A stretch of DNA of 64,000 bases. Source: Macrostomum lignano. Taxonomy: Eukaryota. Below, piece by piece: positions 47,401 through 59,400 of this stretch (the stretch's first letter is position 1; every line of letters begins with the position of its first letter). The notes under the pieces are model-generated. The model saw nothing but the letters and a program-made list of their open reading frames with translations, had not been told where the DNA came from and searched no databases. Location of the stretch: assembly GCA_002269645.1 (NCBI GenBank), contig NIVC01000563.1, positions 1 through 64,000 on the forward strand, written 5' to 3'. Position numbers and translations under genes: made by a program.

Positions 47401-47724
47401 TGCATTGTGGCTAAAAAATTACTCAATGCTAAAGGGATTAAATATTTGCAAAGGTCAAGCAGCTTTTTCAACTTGAAATGTATTATGTATGCTAAAAAAA
47501 TTGATTGGTTGAATTTTGATTTTGAATAGATTGCATTACACTAATGCAGGGATTCTCTAAGCAATATTCAAGATTGATATTTGGAAATAACAAAAATCTC
47601 TGCTTTTAAAGCACTAAACGCCATGATTTTTTACAGAAAAACATCACCCACAAGATAAACCAACTTGAAAAAAATTACGGCTACAGATTAAAAGGATTTT
47701 TTTATAATTTGCAAAAAACTGGTG

Positions 47725-48165
47725 CTTCCTTATCTCCACAATGTATTAGATTGATATTCAATTTCGAGTACTTCTGCTTGCTCTCTGTCGCTGAAAATTG
47801 ACATGCAGGAATTCACCTAGACACTAAGTGATTATCATAACTCAAACCAAACTCAAAGCTTCATGCTCGAGAACTATTCAAGAAAAACTGATGTTCTTAT
47901 CTCCACAATGTATTAGATTGATGTTCAATTTCGAGTACTTCTGCTTGCTCTCTGTCACTAAAAATTGACATGCAGGACTTCACCCAGACACTAGGCAATT
48001 ATCATAACTCAAACCAAACTCAAAGCTTCATGCTCAAGAACTATTCGAGAAAAACTGATATTACTATCTCCATAATGTATTAGATTGATATTCGATTTCG
48101 AGTACTTCTGCTTGCTCTCTGTCGCTGAAAATTGACATGCAGGACTTCACCCAGACACTAAGCAT
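47725..48165 (+). repeat. 167-bp tandem repeat (~2.6 copies); inverted copies (~1.3) at 49985-50200
   Basis: tatctcc units start at 47731, 47898 and 48065; the reverse complement reads gttctcgagcatgaagctttgag..acattgtgga at 49985-50200. Confidence 0.9.
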
Positions 48166-48311
48166 TTATTTGCACTGAATAAATTATAATTTAGATGAAA
48201 CTCAATTAGCTCTTTAGTCTTATCATTTAAGTAAATCATTAGACTATAGTCTAATAGTCATGCATATTTAATGCTGCACAAAGTTAGGCCATTGAATTGT
48301 ATGGTAATCGA

Positions 48312-49016
48312 TCAGCTGAGTAAATTGATGTAGGTCGAGCAGCAGAAGTTTTCCTCTTCTTGTGTTGTGGATGCACAGATGCAGTGGATCCAGTCAAGAC
48401 AGGATGAGCACTTGATCTACTGTAGTGCATGTACAAGAAGTAAAGGTAAAGTGAGTACATATATATGGATATTTGGCACAGAGGTATTTATACGTACAAG
48501 AATTTTACAACTCACCCAATCAATTGTTGCTACACCATCTGCTTTTGGCGGCTCTTCTGCTTGACAAATGGCACAAGAACCTTGGTTGCTATCAACGGAG
48601 TTGTTACTGATTACTTTCCATATGTAACAATGCACTTTCTCAAGAAAGTCTTTGCCTGCTTTCTGATATTGTAGCTCCCTACCAAGAATTATGCTTCTGG
48701 CATACAAGCAGACAAAGGCACCACAACTAAAAGAATCATCTTGCTTAGTGTGTAGTCTAGGGGGAGTGCTAACCGGAGGAAGGTGACCCTCAGAAGGTCT
48801 AGGGGGAATGCTAACCAGAGGAGGGTGACCCTCAGAAGGTCTAGGGGGAGTGCTAACCGGAGGAGAGTGACCCTTAGAAGGTCTAGGGGGAGTACTAATC
48901 AAAGGAATGCGGCCCTCAGAGAAAGTTCCAGTCAATCCGGCCAATTTATTTTTTTCTTTTGTTCTTTTGCGTATCCAGTGGAACATCATGGCTCGATTGC
49001 GTATGGTATTCTTCAA
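48312..49016 (-). pseudogene. Ulp1/C48-like protease C-terminus plus PHD finger, spliced (49016-48516, 48416-48312)
   Basis: KQDDSFSCGAFVCLYA resembles the Q-x-D-x-x-x-C-G catalytic Cys motif. CAIC..DW|IKCSSCLDWIHCIC..FCCSTY gives a C4HC3 pattern across a 99-bp GT-AG intron, with the last Cys replaced by Tyr. A 42-bp x3 repeat interrupts the frame; the 5' part is not resolved. Confidence 0.65.
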
Positions 49017-49805
49017 ATTTAGTCATTCTGCGATGTAGCAGAAGATGGGAGCTAAAGCTTTAAAACTACGAGGCATTGTAAACTTTTTTATTCCATCAGT
49101 CACAATGCTATTGATCTGTAAATCATCCAAATTTCGAGGCATTTTGTAGCAATGAAATAAAATTTACAAATGGCTACTATGCCACAAAGATTAAGATGTG
49201 ACACAGGGACAAAAAGTGGCTTACCTCATCTTTTGGCGGAATACTTTGAGCCAACAATAAGCAATATACAAAGAAGAGAAATGACCTAACAAAGAAGCCT
49301 GTCATTCGTGAATGTGAAACTATTCCTGAAACAATTCGTGAAACTAATAATTAGACGCAGCAAATTTTCTTCTAAGCTTATTTTCAAAATCAGTAGCTAC
49401 AGAGTGATTTTGAGTGGGTTCAATTTGACGCAAAATTGTATCCAGCCCTGTCCAAAAAAATATATCAGTCAAATGTGCAGTGCAAAAAGTATTTCAGCGC
49501 CAAAAATATGGATGTACCGATGTTTGATTGCACAGCATGAAACTGTACAAACAGTCCAAGTAGGCAGGTCAGTGTACACAATGCAAAAAAGTTTAATAGT
49601 GCTGCATGGCTTAATGAATCAATTTAACTGATTGAACCCAATGAGTCAGTGTTTACTAGTTTGTAGAGAATCTTTAAAAAAATTGTAAATCAGCCAATAT
49701 ATGTACATCATGGATGCAAACATCTTGCTATGTATTCACACAAATGAACAAAATTATTATCCCAATCTAATGCACTGTGGAGATACATGTACATGTACAT
49801 GCATA

Positions 49806-49973
49806 CATGCGCAACCTTGGGAATCACCCGGCCGTTTCTATTGGCAACACACACATGTAAGTCGCTATTGGCTGAGAGCAGTCACGTGACTACTATTCTG
49901 TCCAATAGCGACATACATGTGTGTGTTGCCAATAGAAACGGCCGAGTGAATCCCAAGGTTGCGCCCAAGCATG
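49806..49973. mobile_element. Fold-back palindromic MITE-like element, copy 2
   Basis: 63-bp arms with 3 mismatches around a 30-nt loop containing AGTCACGTGACT; flanked by tacatg/catgta. Confidence 0.85.
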
Positions 49974-50249
49974 TGTACATGTAGAAATATCAGTTTTTCT
50001 CAAATAGTTCTCGAGCATGAAGCTTTGAGTTCGGTTTGAGTTATGATAATTGCTTAGTGTCTAGGTGAAGTCCTACATGTCAATTTTTAGCGACAGAGCA
50101 AGCAGAAGTACTCAAAATTGAATATCAATCTAATACATTGTGGATATAGGAACATCAGTTTTTCTCAAATAGTTCTCGAGCATGAAGCTTTGAGTTATGA
50201 TAATTATAATTATATGATAATGATTATATAATTATGATAATGATAATTA

Positions 50250-50460
50250 TAATTAGCCAAAGATTATTGCATTTGATAAACCAAGGATTATTGCATTTGA
50301 TAAACCAAGGATTATTACACTTGATAAATCAAGGATTATTGCACTTGATAAACCAAGGATTATTGCACTTGATAAGCCAAAGATTATTGCACTTGATAAG
50401 CCAAGAATTATTATACTTGATAAACCAATGATTATTGCACTTGACACACCCAGGATTATT
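50250..50460. repeat. 24-bp minisatellite
   Basis: cttgataaaccaaggattattgca. Confidence 0.9.
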
Positions 50461-51234
50461 GCACTAGCTTAGAAAGGGACTATTGCACTAGCTGAAACAT
50501 CAATTTTTACACTTGATGAGAAGAGATTTTTGCACTGGCTGAGATAGATTATTGCACTACCTAAGAAAGCAATTATTGTATTAGCGGAAAAAATATTTGC
50601 ATTAGCTACTTGCTGTCTAATAGATGCTTGCTATCTAGAAGATGCTTTTCTATTTGGTGGATGCTTGCTATCTGGGAGGATGCTTGCTCTGGAGGATTTC
50701 TCAGCAGGGGATCCTTTGTAGCTATAAATAAGGCAGACTTGCGGCTTCAATTACTTTATTAAGAGTAGTGTGAGATGAACATGTACTAGCTATAGCTTAG
50801 ATTGCTCAGGGCGAAGGAACGCGTAAGCAGGGTGTTGCAACCTTCCTACAGCCATTCTGTGCCATGACCCACTATTTCCCTCTACTGCACGCACACACAG
50901 ACCCATAGCACGCATAACAGGTAGGCTTTGCACGGGGAGAGGCCATTAGCTTACCCAAACTTTTTTATGCTTTGCCACCCAGGGAGAAAGGCTCAGTAAG
51001 CCATGAGTGAAATGATGGTAAATGTGTGAAATATGAGGAGTTTAGTAATTGTTAATAATTAGGCCCTTAGGCAAAATAAACATGCAATTAGGCGGCTTCA
51101 CAATTGAATAAAGATAAAGCAAAGGTATGGTACACAATTGGCTTAGTTCTCTAATCAAACAATGGGAAACAAGCAAACCCCGGATAAGCAAAGGCAATTA
51201 GAGTGCAAATCAGTATAGGAACTCACTGGCAGCT

Positions 51235-51368
<134 letters not shown>

Positions 51369-52827
51369 TGACCTAGGGCGGCTATAGACTGCAGACAGGC
51401 AGGTAGTGGAGTGGCAAATCGCTAAGGTGACAAGGTGCTGATATAGCTCAGGTGATGCTGAGGATGCTGGACGGTATCAGACCGCGGTCCGGCAGATGAG
51501 CTCGCTTGGGGAGCTAAGGGAACTTGGCGGTATGAGACCGCGGACCGGCAGAGATTTGTCCTATAGACGAATGGGGGGGGGGGGTCAGACTGGCGTCTGA
51601 CGACAAGTCCAAAGATAGGACGAGAAGGACGACTTCGAAGAGGTGACACAGTACGGAGGTTCTCATGCCAAAAATCACTTCCTTAAATAGTCCTCGTGAC
51701 CTCTATGATGAGGTCACGTGAGAAATGATGTCAGAATGAGTCATGATAAGAAGCATGAGAATGCCATAGCAACATGAGATATGGGAAAATTGCACAATCT
51801 GGAGGAGGGTTGGGGGGAAAATGAGCACAGCTGGGGGTCGAAGAAATGTTGCTCAAGCAAACATTGAGAACAATAGGATTCAGAGCGAGAACAAAGAAAT
51901 AGAAATTGGAGATAATTGGGGAGAAATGAGAACAATAGAAAAACAAACATTGGAGAAAATGTGCTTATTGGGTGCAAAAAGGAGAACAAAAGAACGAGAA
52001 AATCGGGGAAATGTGATAATTTGGTGCGAAAACGAGAACAATAGGAGCAGAGAAGGGGTGGGTGTCACATGAGAAATCTTGGCATGAGAAAAGGTTGCAC
52101 AAGAGGGGTGATGAGTTATCGGGGTGAAGGAGGGTCAGAAGCCTTGCGTGACCGTTTGGGATTTTAAAAGGAGATGGGGCGACGGTGAGCCCAAGCAATA
52201 CTGTAAGTAAGCATGGGTTGAGGAGGGGACAGAGCAAGAAAAACGTGCTGAAGCACGACAAAAAGATGGGAAACAGGAGAGGTACATGATAAATAGGGTA
52301 GGGCGCATGGGAAACGGGGAGATAGGTGAGGTGCAGAAAGAAAAGAGGACTCCGGAAAGGCACGTGTGGGCATGGCTGAGTGGGAGACGGAAACAAGACA
52401 GCAGGAGGGATGCAACAGAGCGGGAGTCAGTTGGCCTGGCCCAGTCTCTACAGCTCTGCTCAGTGGGTCAAAGGAGATCTGGGAGATTCCGAAAAGTTTC
52501 CCCCACCAGACCCCGCGACCAGAGTGTGGTTACATCAAAAGCTTTATTTTGTTGTCTTTGTTACTTTTAGAAAAAAAGAGATTCATAACAAACATCTTTG
52601 TCTGTGACAGTTTTACTTGAATAAGATGATTTTTAAAACTAAAGAAGGGAATTGGTTCTTAAGATAATGTTCTTTTTTAATTGTTTTCCATGAATCATTT
52701 TTGCTCCTTGCTTATTGGGCACCCCAAAGGGGGCACTAGATTGCTAGTCTAGTACTATTTACATAGTAACTGGAGAATAACACTGGCAGTATTTATTTTT
52801 ATTAGAGGCAAGGGGGTTATGTCCACC

Positions 52828-53157
52828 CTGGCGCACTTTAAGCGACATAGGCACACAACCGGCAAGAGGCATTACTGCCCATTCCGCCAACTCCCTTGAG
52901 CAGGCATACAAGCGCGTGGATATGTACGCAGGCACACACTCACATAGGAATGTACAGCGGCCCTAACTTTATATTATCGTTAGGCATGTACACTTCACTG
53001 CGCCTTGGGGGGTTGGCTCTCAAGGCCGTTAATTGCACGAGCAGAGCCAAGCCGAGATTCCAATTCAGCCCCAAATTAATGTGACTGCACTTGGAATCGA
53101 GCCTGGGTCGCTGGCACACCAGAGCAGCTGCGCTACCGCTGGGCTACGGCCCCCCTC
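52828..53157 (-). mobile_element. tRNA-derived SINE, copy 2
   Basis: Collinear with 41035-41375 (ggcgcactttaagcgaca..ggcattactgcccatt..tcgttaggcatgtacacttcactg..ggaatcgagcctggg). Confidence 0.75.
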
Positions 53158-53494
53158 ACTGGCAGTATTTACATCGTAACAAAAACTGTGAAAATTTGAT
53201 GAGCTTAAGTTGATAGGCCCTTTTAATTGTTAAAAGCTAGCTGTTCAGGATAAAAACAAACTGATAATTGCAAGATAAGTTGGTTTGGCTTGATGAATTT
53301 AAGATGTTCTGCTGATTTCTAGGGGATGATATTGACTCCTCTTTCTCTATGCAGACCTTGTTGATTTTATGCCTTCTTTTTACTTCTGTTTACTTGAAAT
53401 ACTTTGATACTTTCAGCAAGGCTGCCCCGTCTCACTGGCAGCTAAGTGGCTAATTCGATTTTTAATAAAAAAACTGACAACTGTCTCCACTCAA

Positions 53495-56400
53495 ATGTCA
53501 GGCTCATCAACTGTAGACGTAGCCGTCCTGGCACTTCGTCACAGCGGTTCAGACTCTGTGTCTGAAGGTGTTGAGACACTGGTGGCTCCGCTTGACCCGG
53601 CTGGCCAGCACTATGAGGTGCCTGTTGTTCGGGCAACAGCAGGCAAAATACCGTCGGCTGTGCAGGGCTTTCTGCGCTCCATTCTACCCGGCAATGAGGC
53701 CGCGTCAGCCAATCTGCAGCTGCTTATTGATGCTTTAGCAACTGACGAAGGCGTCGGCGACCGCTGCTCCCTGGTGCTCGCTTTGCTGCCCAGCGATCGC
53801 AGACTTGACATTCGGGCGGCCAGCCCTATTGGCGGCAAGCATCGATTCGTTTCTATGCGGACGCTGCGCGAGGGGCTCCATAAATTGGACCACGCTAGCC
53901 GGACTAATCGGTTCGTAGAATTCGCCTATATTTGGCTGCAGGAACGAAGCCGGAACAGCGGCGGCCTACGCCGGCTGTTTAGTTTCAACGAGGCCAGACA
54001 GAAATCAGTCAGCCTGGAGCATCTAAATAAGCATCAGAACCCTGGCCAACAGCATCAGCCTCAGCATCAGACGCAGCATCCGCAGCATCATCAGCAGCAC
54101 AGTCAGCATCCGGTTTACGCGGCCACACTTCCGGCACCCTCGGCTGATTATCCAATGGACGGTCGTCGATTTCTCAGTCCCAACTCAGCCTCAGTGGAAA
54201 GATTGGACACTAGCGAGGCGGCTTTAGTTGACATATTCGTGCCCAGCCCGTGGGCAGGCGACGAATTCGCAATTTACGAGCCTCGAGTTGACGCCTTTGT
54301 TCGAAATCCGTTTGCTGGCAAGCAGGAGCCTCGATTAGATCGGGCTAGGCGCCTAGCGCCAACTCTATTCCCCGAGCAGGAGCTTCAGGCGCATGCTGGC
54401 GGCGCGGACTGGCTATCCGGTCTGCCGCTTCATCAGGTTGTGTACGCTAACGAACCGGACAGTGTCACTAGATTGTTGCGCGAGTCCGCCTTCCCGTTGG
54501 GCAAAGATCCGGCTGGTTGGAATGCCTTGCACTACGCCGCCTGGTACGGCCACGTTGGCTGCGTCCAAGCGTTTGTTCGCGACGGCGCTTTTCCGCCAAA
54601 TTTGCTCACCGATTTTTATGGGCGAACTGCGCTGCATCTGGCCGTTCTGTCTGGCAGGTGAGCTGGGATTATTGAGATATATGAGAGTGACGAGAGTCGC
54701 TTCAATTTCGAAGCAGTGCAGGAAGGGTGGATTTTGTGGTGGGTCAGTGTAACAGGAGGAGCGGATCCTGAGTTAGGTCAGTGTAACAGGAGGAGCGGAT
54801 ACTGAGTTGGGTCAGTGTAACAGGAGGAGCGGATCCTGAGGTGGGTCAGTGTAACAGGACGGATGGATCCTGAAGTGGGTCAGTGTAACAGGAGGAGCGG
54901 ATCCTGAGTTGGGTCAGTGTAACAGGACGGATGGATCCTGAAGTGGGTCAGTGTAACAGGAGGAGCGGATCCTGAGTTGGGTCAGTGTAACAGGACGGAT
55001 GGATCCTGAAGTGGGTCAGTGTAACAGGAGGAGCGGATCCTGAGGTGGGTCAGTGTAACAGGACGGATGGATCCTGAAGTGGGTCAGTGTAACAGGAGGG
55101 GCGGATCCTGAGTTGGGTCAGTGTAACAGGAGGGGCGGATTCTGAGTTGGGTCAGTGTAACAGGAGGGGCGGATCCTGAGTTGGGTCAGTGTAACAGGAG
55201 GAGCGGATCCTGAGTTGGGTCAGTGTAACAGGAGGAGCGGATCCTGAGTTGGGTCAGTGTAACAGGAGGAGCGGATCCTGAGTTGGGTCAGTGTAACAGG
55301 AGGAGCGGATCCTGAGGTGGGTCAGTTGTAACTGGAGGGGCGGATCCTGAGTTGGGTCAGTGTAACAGGAGGAGCGGATCCTGAGGTGGGTCAGTTGTAA
55401 CTGGAGGGGCGGATCCTGAGGTATGTAGCTAGAGTTGGGGGGTCGGGGGGAGGTGGATCCTGTTGAGGCTGTAGCTAGAGTTGGGGGAGGGGGGCGGATC
55501 CTGTTGAGGCTGTAGCTAGAGTTGGGGGAGGGGCGGATCCTGTTGAGGCTGTAGCTAGAGTTGGGGGAGGGGGCGGATCCTGTTGAGGCTGTAGCTAGAG
55601 TTGGGGGAGGGGGCGGATCCTGTTGAGGCTGTAGCTAGAGTTGGGGGGTCGGGGGGGGCGGATCCTGTTGAGGCTGTAGCTAGAGTTGGGGGGTCGGGGG
55701 GGCGGATCCTGTTGAGGCTGTAGCTAGAGTTGGGGGAGGGGGCGGATCCTGTTGAGGCTGTAGCTAGAGTTGGGGGAGGGGGCGGATCCTGTTGAGGCTG
55801 TAGCTAGAGTTGGGGGAGGGGGCGGATCCTGTTGAGGCTGTAGCTAGAGTTGGGGGAGGGGGGCGGATCCTGTTGAGGCTGTAGCTAGAGTTGGGGGCGG
55901 ATCCTGTTGAGGCTGTAGCTAGAGTTGGGGACGGATCCTGTTGAGGCTGTAGCTAGAGTTGGGGGCGGATCCTGTTGAGGCTGTAGCTAGAGTTGGGGAC
56001 GGATCCTGTTGAGGCTGTAGCTAGAGTTGGGGGGGGCGAATCCTGCTGAACAGAGTTGAGTTTGGGCGGTAGGTGTGGCCAGCGATCTGTCCCGCAGCTA
56101 ATAATCCTACCTGGCCAACTGTCCCCCCAGATACGAGTGCGTGCTGGAGCTGCTGCGCTATCCCGACATTGACCACAACCTCACCGACGGGTTCGGCCTG
56201 ACCCCGCTGGAACTGTGCCAGCGCAGTGAGGAGAATTTCCCAACGAGAGAGCATCAGCAGTCAACCGCATCGCTGTTAGAAAATTTCCAACGACCGAATC
56301 TCAGCTCGGTGCCGGTGCACCTAGTTGATGGCTCATTGCATCTGATGATTCTGCCTTACCGAGATGCCACAACTGTCCGTCAGCTCCATCTGCGCATCAT

Positions 56401-59400
56401 GGGCAGCTTGGGCCTGACGGACCCCCGCGACAACCTGTTCACACTGTGGGTGTGCAGCCAGAATCTCAGATTGCAACTGAAACCAATGCACAAGCCAGTG
56501 CAGCTGATGCGCGATTGGCGCAGTAAAACTGTGCCGCTATTCACCTCGGCCAATCCTATGAAAGAGGATCCGAAACTGTTTTTAAGGCGAAACGCTCTGT
56601 GCCGATTGGACGCCGAGAAACAGGGCCATAGCGACACGGCTGAGACTTTTCTGTTTCACGAGGTTAGTGGGAGAGTGGCGAATTTCACTATCTGGAAGGG
56701 CAAGAGACCAACAGTAGTGACTACTGACCTTTTTATCTTATTCCTTGCTGACAGAAATCCCCCTGAGTAGGGAGTTCCTTGTTGACAGAAATCCCCCTGA
56801 GCAGACAGTTCCTTGTTGACAGAAATCCCCTTGAGCAGACAGTTCCTTGTTAACAGAAATCCCCCTGAGCAGGCAGTTCTTTGTTGACAGAAATCCCCCT
56901 GAGCAGACAGTTCCTTGTTGACAGAAATCCCCCTGAGCAGGCAGTTCCTTGTTGACAGAAATCCCCCTGAGCAGACAGTTCCTTGTTGACAGAAATCCCC
57001 CTGAGCAGGCAGTTCCTTGTTGACAGAAATCCCCCTGAGCAGACAGGTCCTTGTTGACAGAAATCCCCCTGAGCAGGCAGTTCCTTGTTGACAGAAATCC
57101 CCCTGAGCAGGCAGTTCCTTGTTGACAGAAATCCCCCTGAGCAGGCAGTTCCTTGTTGACAGAAATCCCCCTGAGCAGGCAGTTCCTTGTTGACAGAAAT
57201 CCCCCTGAGCAGGCAGTTCCTTGTTGACAGAAATACCCCTGAGCAGACAGTTCCTTGTTGACAGAAATCCCCCTGAGCAGGCAGTTCCTTGTTGACAGAA
57301 ATCCCCTGAGCAGGCGTTCAGAAATCAGTCAGCAGTTCCTTGTTGACAGAAATCCCCCTGAGCAGGCAGTTCCTTGTTGACAGAAATCCCCCTGAGCAGG
57401 CAGTTCCTTGTTGACAGAAATCCCCCTGAGCAGGCAGTTCCTTGTTGACAGAAATCCTTCTGAGCAGGCGTTCAGAAATCAGTCAGCAGTTCCTTGTTGA
57501 CAGAAATCCCCCTGAGCAGGGAGTTCCTTGTTGACAGAAATCCCCCTGAGCAGGCAGTTCCTTGTTGACAGAAATCCCCCTGAGCAGGCAGTTCCTTGTT
57601 GACAGAAATCCTCCTGAGCAGGGAGTTCCTTGTTGACAGAAATCCCCCTGAGCAGGGAGTTCCTTGTTGACAGAAATCCCCCTGAGCAGACAGGTCCTTG
57701 TTGACAGAAATCCCCCTGAGCAGGGAGTTCCTTGTTGACAGAAATCCCCCTGAGCAGGCAGTTCCTTGTTGACAGAAATCCCCCTGAGCAGGCAGTTCCT
57801 TGTTGACAGAAATCCCCTGAGCAGGCAGTTCCTTGTTGACAGAAATCCCCCTGAGCAGGCAGTTCCTTGTTGACAGAAATCCCCCTGAGCAGGCAGTTCC
57901 TTGTTGACAGAAATCCTCCTGAGCAGGGAGTTCCTTGTTGACAGAAATCCCCCTGAGCAGGCAGTTCCTTGTTGACAGAAATCCCCCTGAGCAGACAGTT
58001 CCTTGTTGACAGAAATCCCCCTGAGCAGACAGGTCCTTGTTGACAGAAATCCCCCTGAGCAGGGAGTTCCTTGTTGACAGAAATCCCCCTGAGCAGGCAG
58101 TTCCTTGTTGACAGAAATCCCCCTGAGCAGGCAGTTCCTTGTTGACAGAAATCCCCCTGAGCAGGCAGTTCCTTGTTGACAGAAATCCCCCTGAGCAGGC
58201 AGTTCCTTGTTGACAGAAATCCTCCTGAGCAGGGAGTTCCTTGTTGACAGAAATCCCCCTGAGCAGGCAGTTCCTTGTTGACAGAAATCCCCCTGAGCAG
58301 GCAGTTCCTTGTTGACAGAAATCCCCCTGATCAGACAGTTCCTTGTTGACAGAAATCCCCCTGAGCAGTCAGTTCAGCGTCCCGATTTTCTGTTCTTAAC
58401 TAATAAACATTTCAGGCCAGAAACGGTTATCTAAACGGCTTTCTGCCCTGCGACCAGGACGACATGGTGCTGATATCCTGCCTGCTAGCCCACGCCCAGT
58501 GCACAATTGACGGCCGTCGGGTTAAAGCTTTCCTACAGAGCGAACAGAATCTAGCTGGCGTACTGCCCGAGCCAAGCCGCCGGGTGTCTCGCCTGCCAGC
58601 CGGCCTGACCAGCGCAGTTGCTAAGCGGTACAGCAGCAGCGGTTTGCGCCGGGAACTTGAAGCGCTCAGTCTTAGCGAATGTCACACAAGATTTCTCACC
58701 GTCTGCCGCCGACTGGCCGTATTTAACTCCGTATTCTTTACTGGCCAACTGTCAACTATGTCTGGCGAGTTTAGTCAGCACAGAGCTCCCAGGCAACCCA
58801 TTCAAGTTAGTTCGTGTCTAATGGCAATGAAATTCTCTGGTTTTGGGGGTCTTCGGTCTACTCACATCTGTGTCATCAATCTGCTCACATTTGTGTCATC
58901 AATCTGCTCACATTTTTGTCATCAATCTGCTCACATTTGTGTCATCAATCTGCTCACATTTTGTCATCAATCAGCTCACATTTGTGTCATCAATCTACTC
59001 ACATTTGTGTCATCAATCTGCTCACATTTGTGTCATCAATCTGCTTACATCTGTGTCATCAATCTGCTCACATTATGTCATCAATCTGCTCACATTTGTG
59101 TCATCAATCTACTCACATCTGTGTCATCAATCTGCTCACATTTGTGTCATCAATCTGCTCACATTTGTGTCATCAATCTGCTCACATTTGTGTCATCAAT
59201 CTACTCACATCTGTGTCATGAATCTGCTCACATTTGTGTCATCAATCTACTCACATCTGTGTCATCAATCTACTCACATCTATGCCATCAATCTACTCAC
59301 ATCTGTGTCATCAATCTGCTCACATTGTGTCATCAATCTGCTCACACTTGTGTCATCAATCAGCTCACATTTGTGTCATCAATCTGCTCACATTTGTGTC

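Noticed and set aside
51420-52420. Purine-rich region with several short ORFs, suspected Penelope/LINE remnant
   Set aside because: No convincing RT or GIY-YIG motif found by eye.
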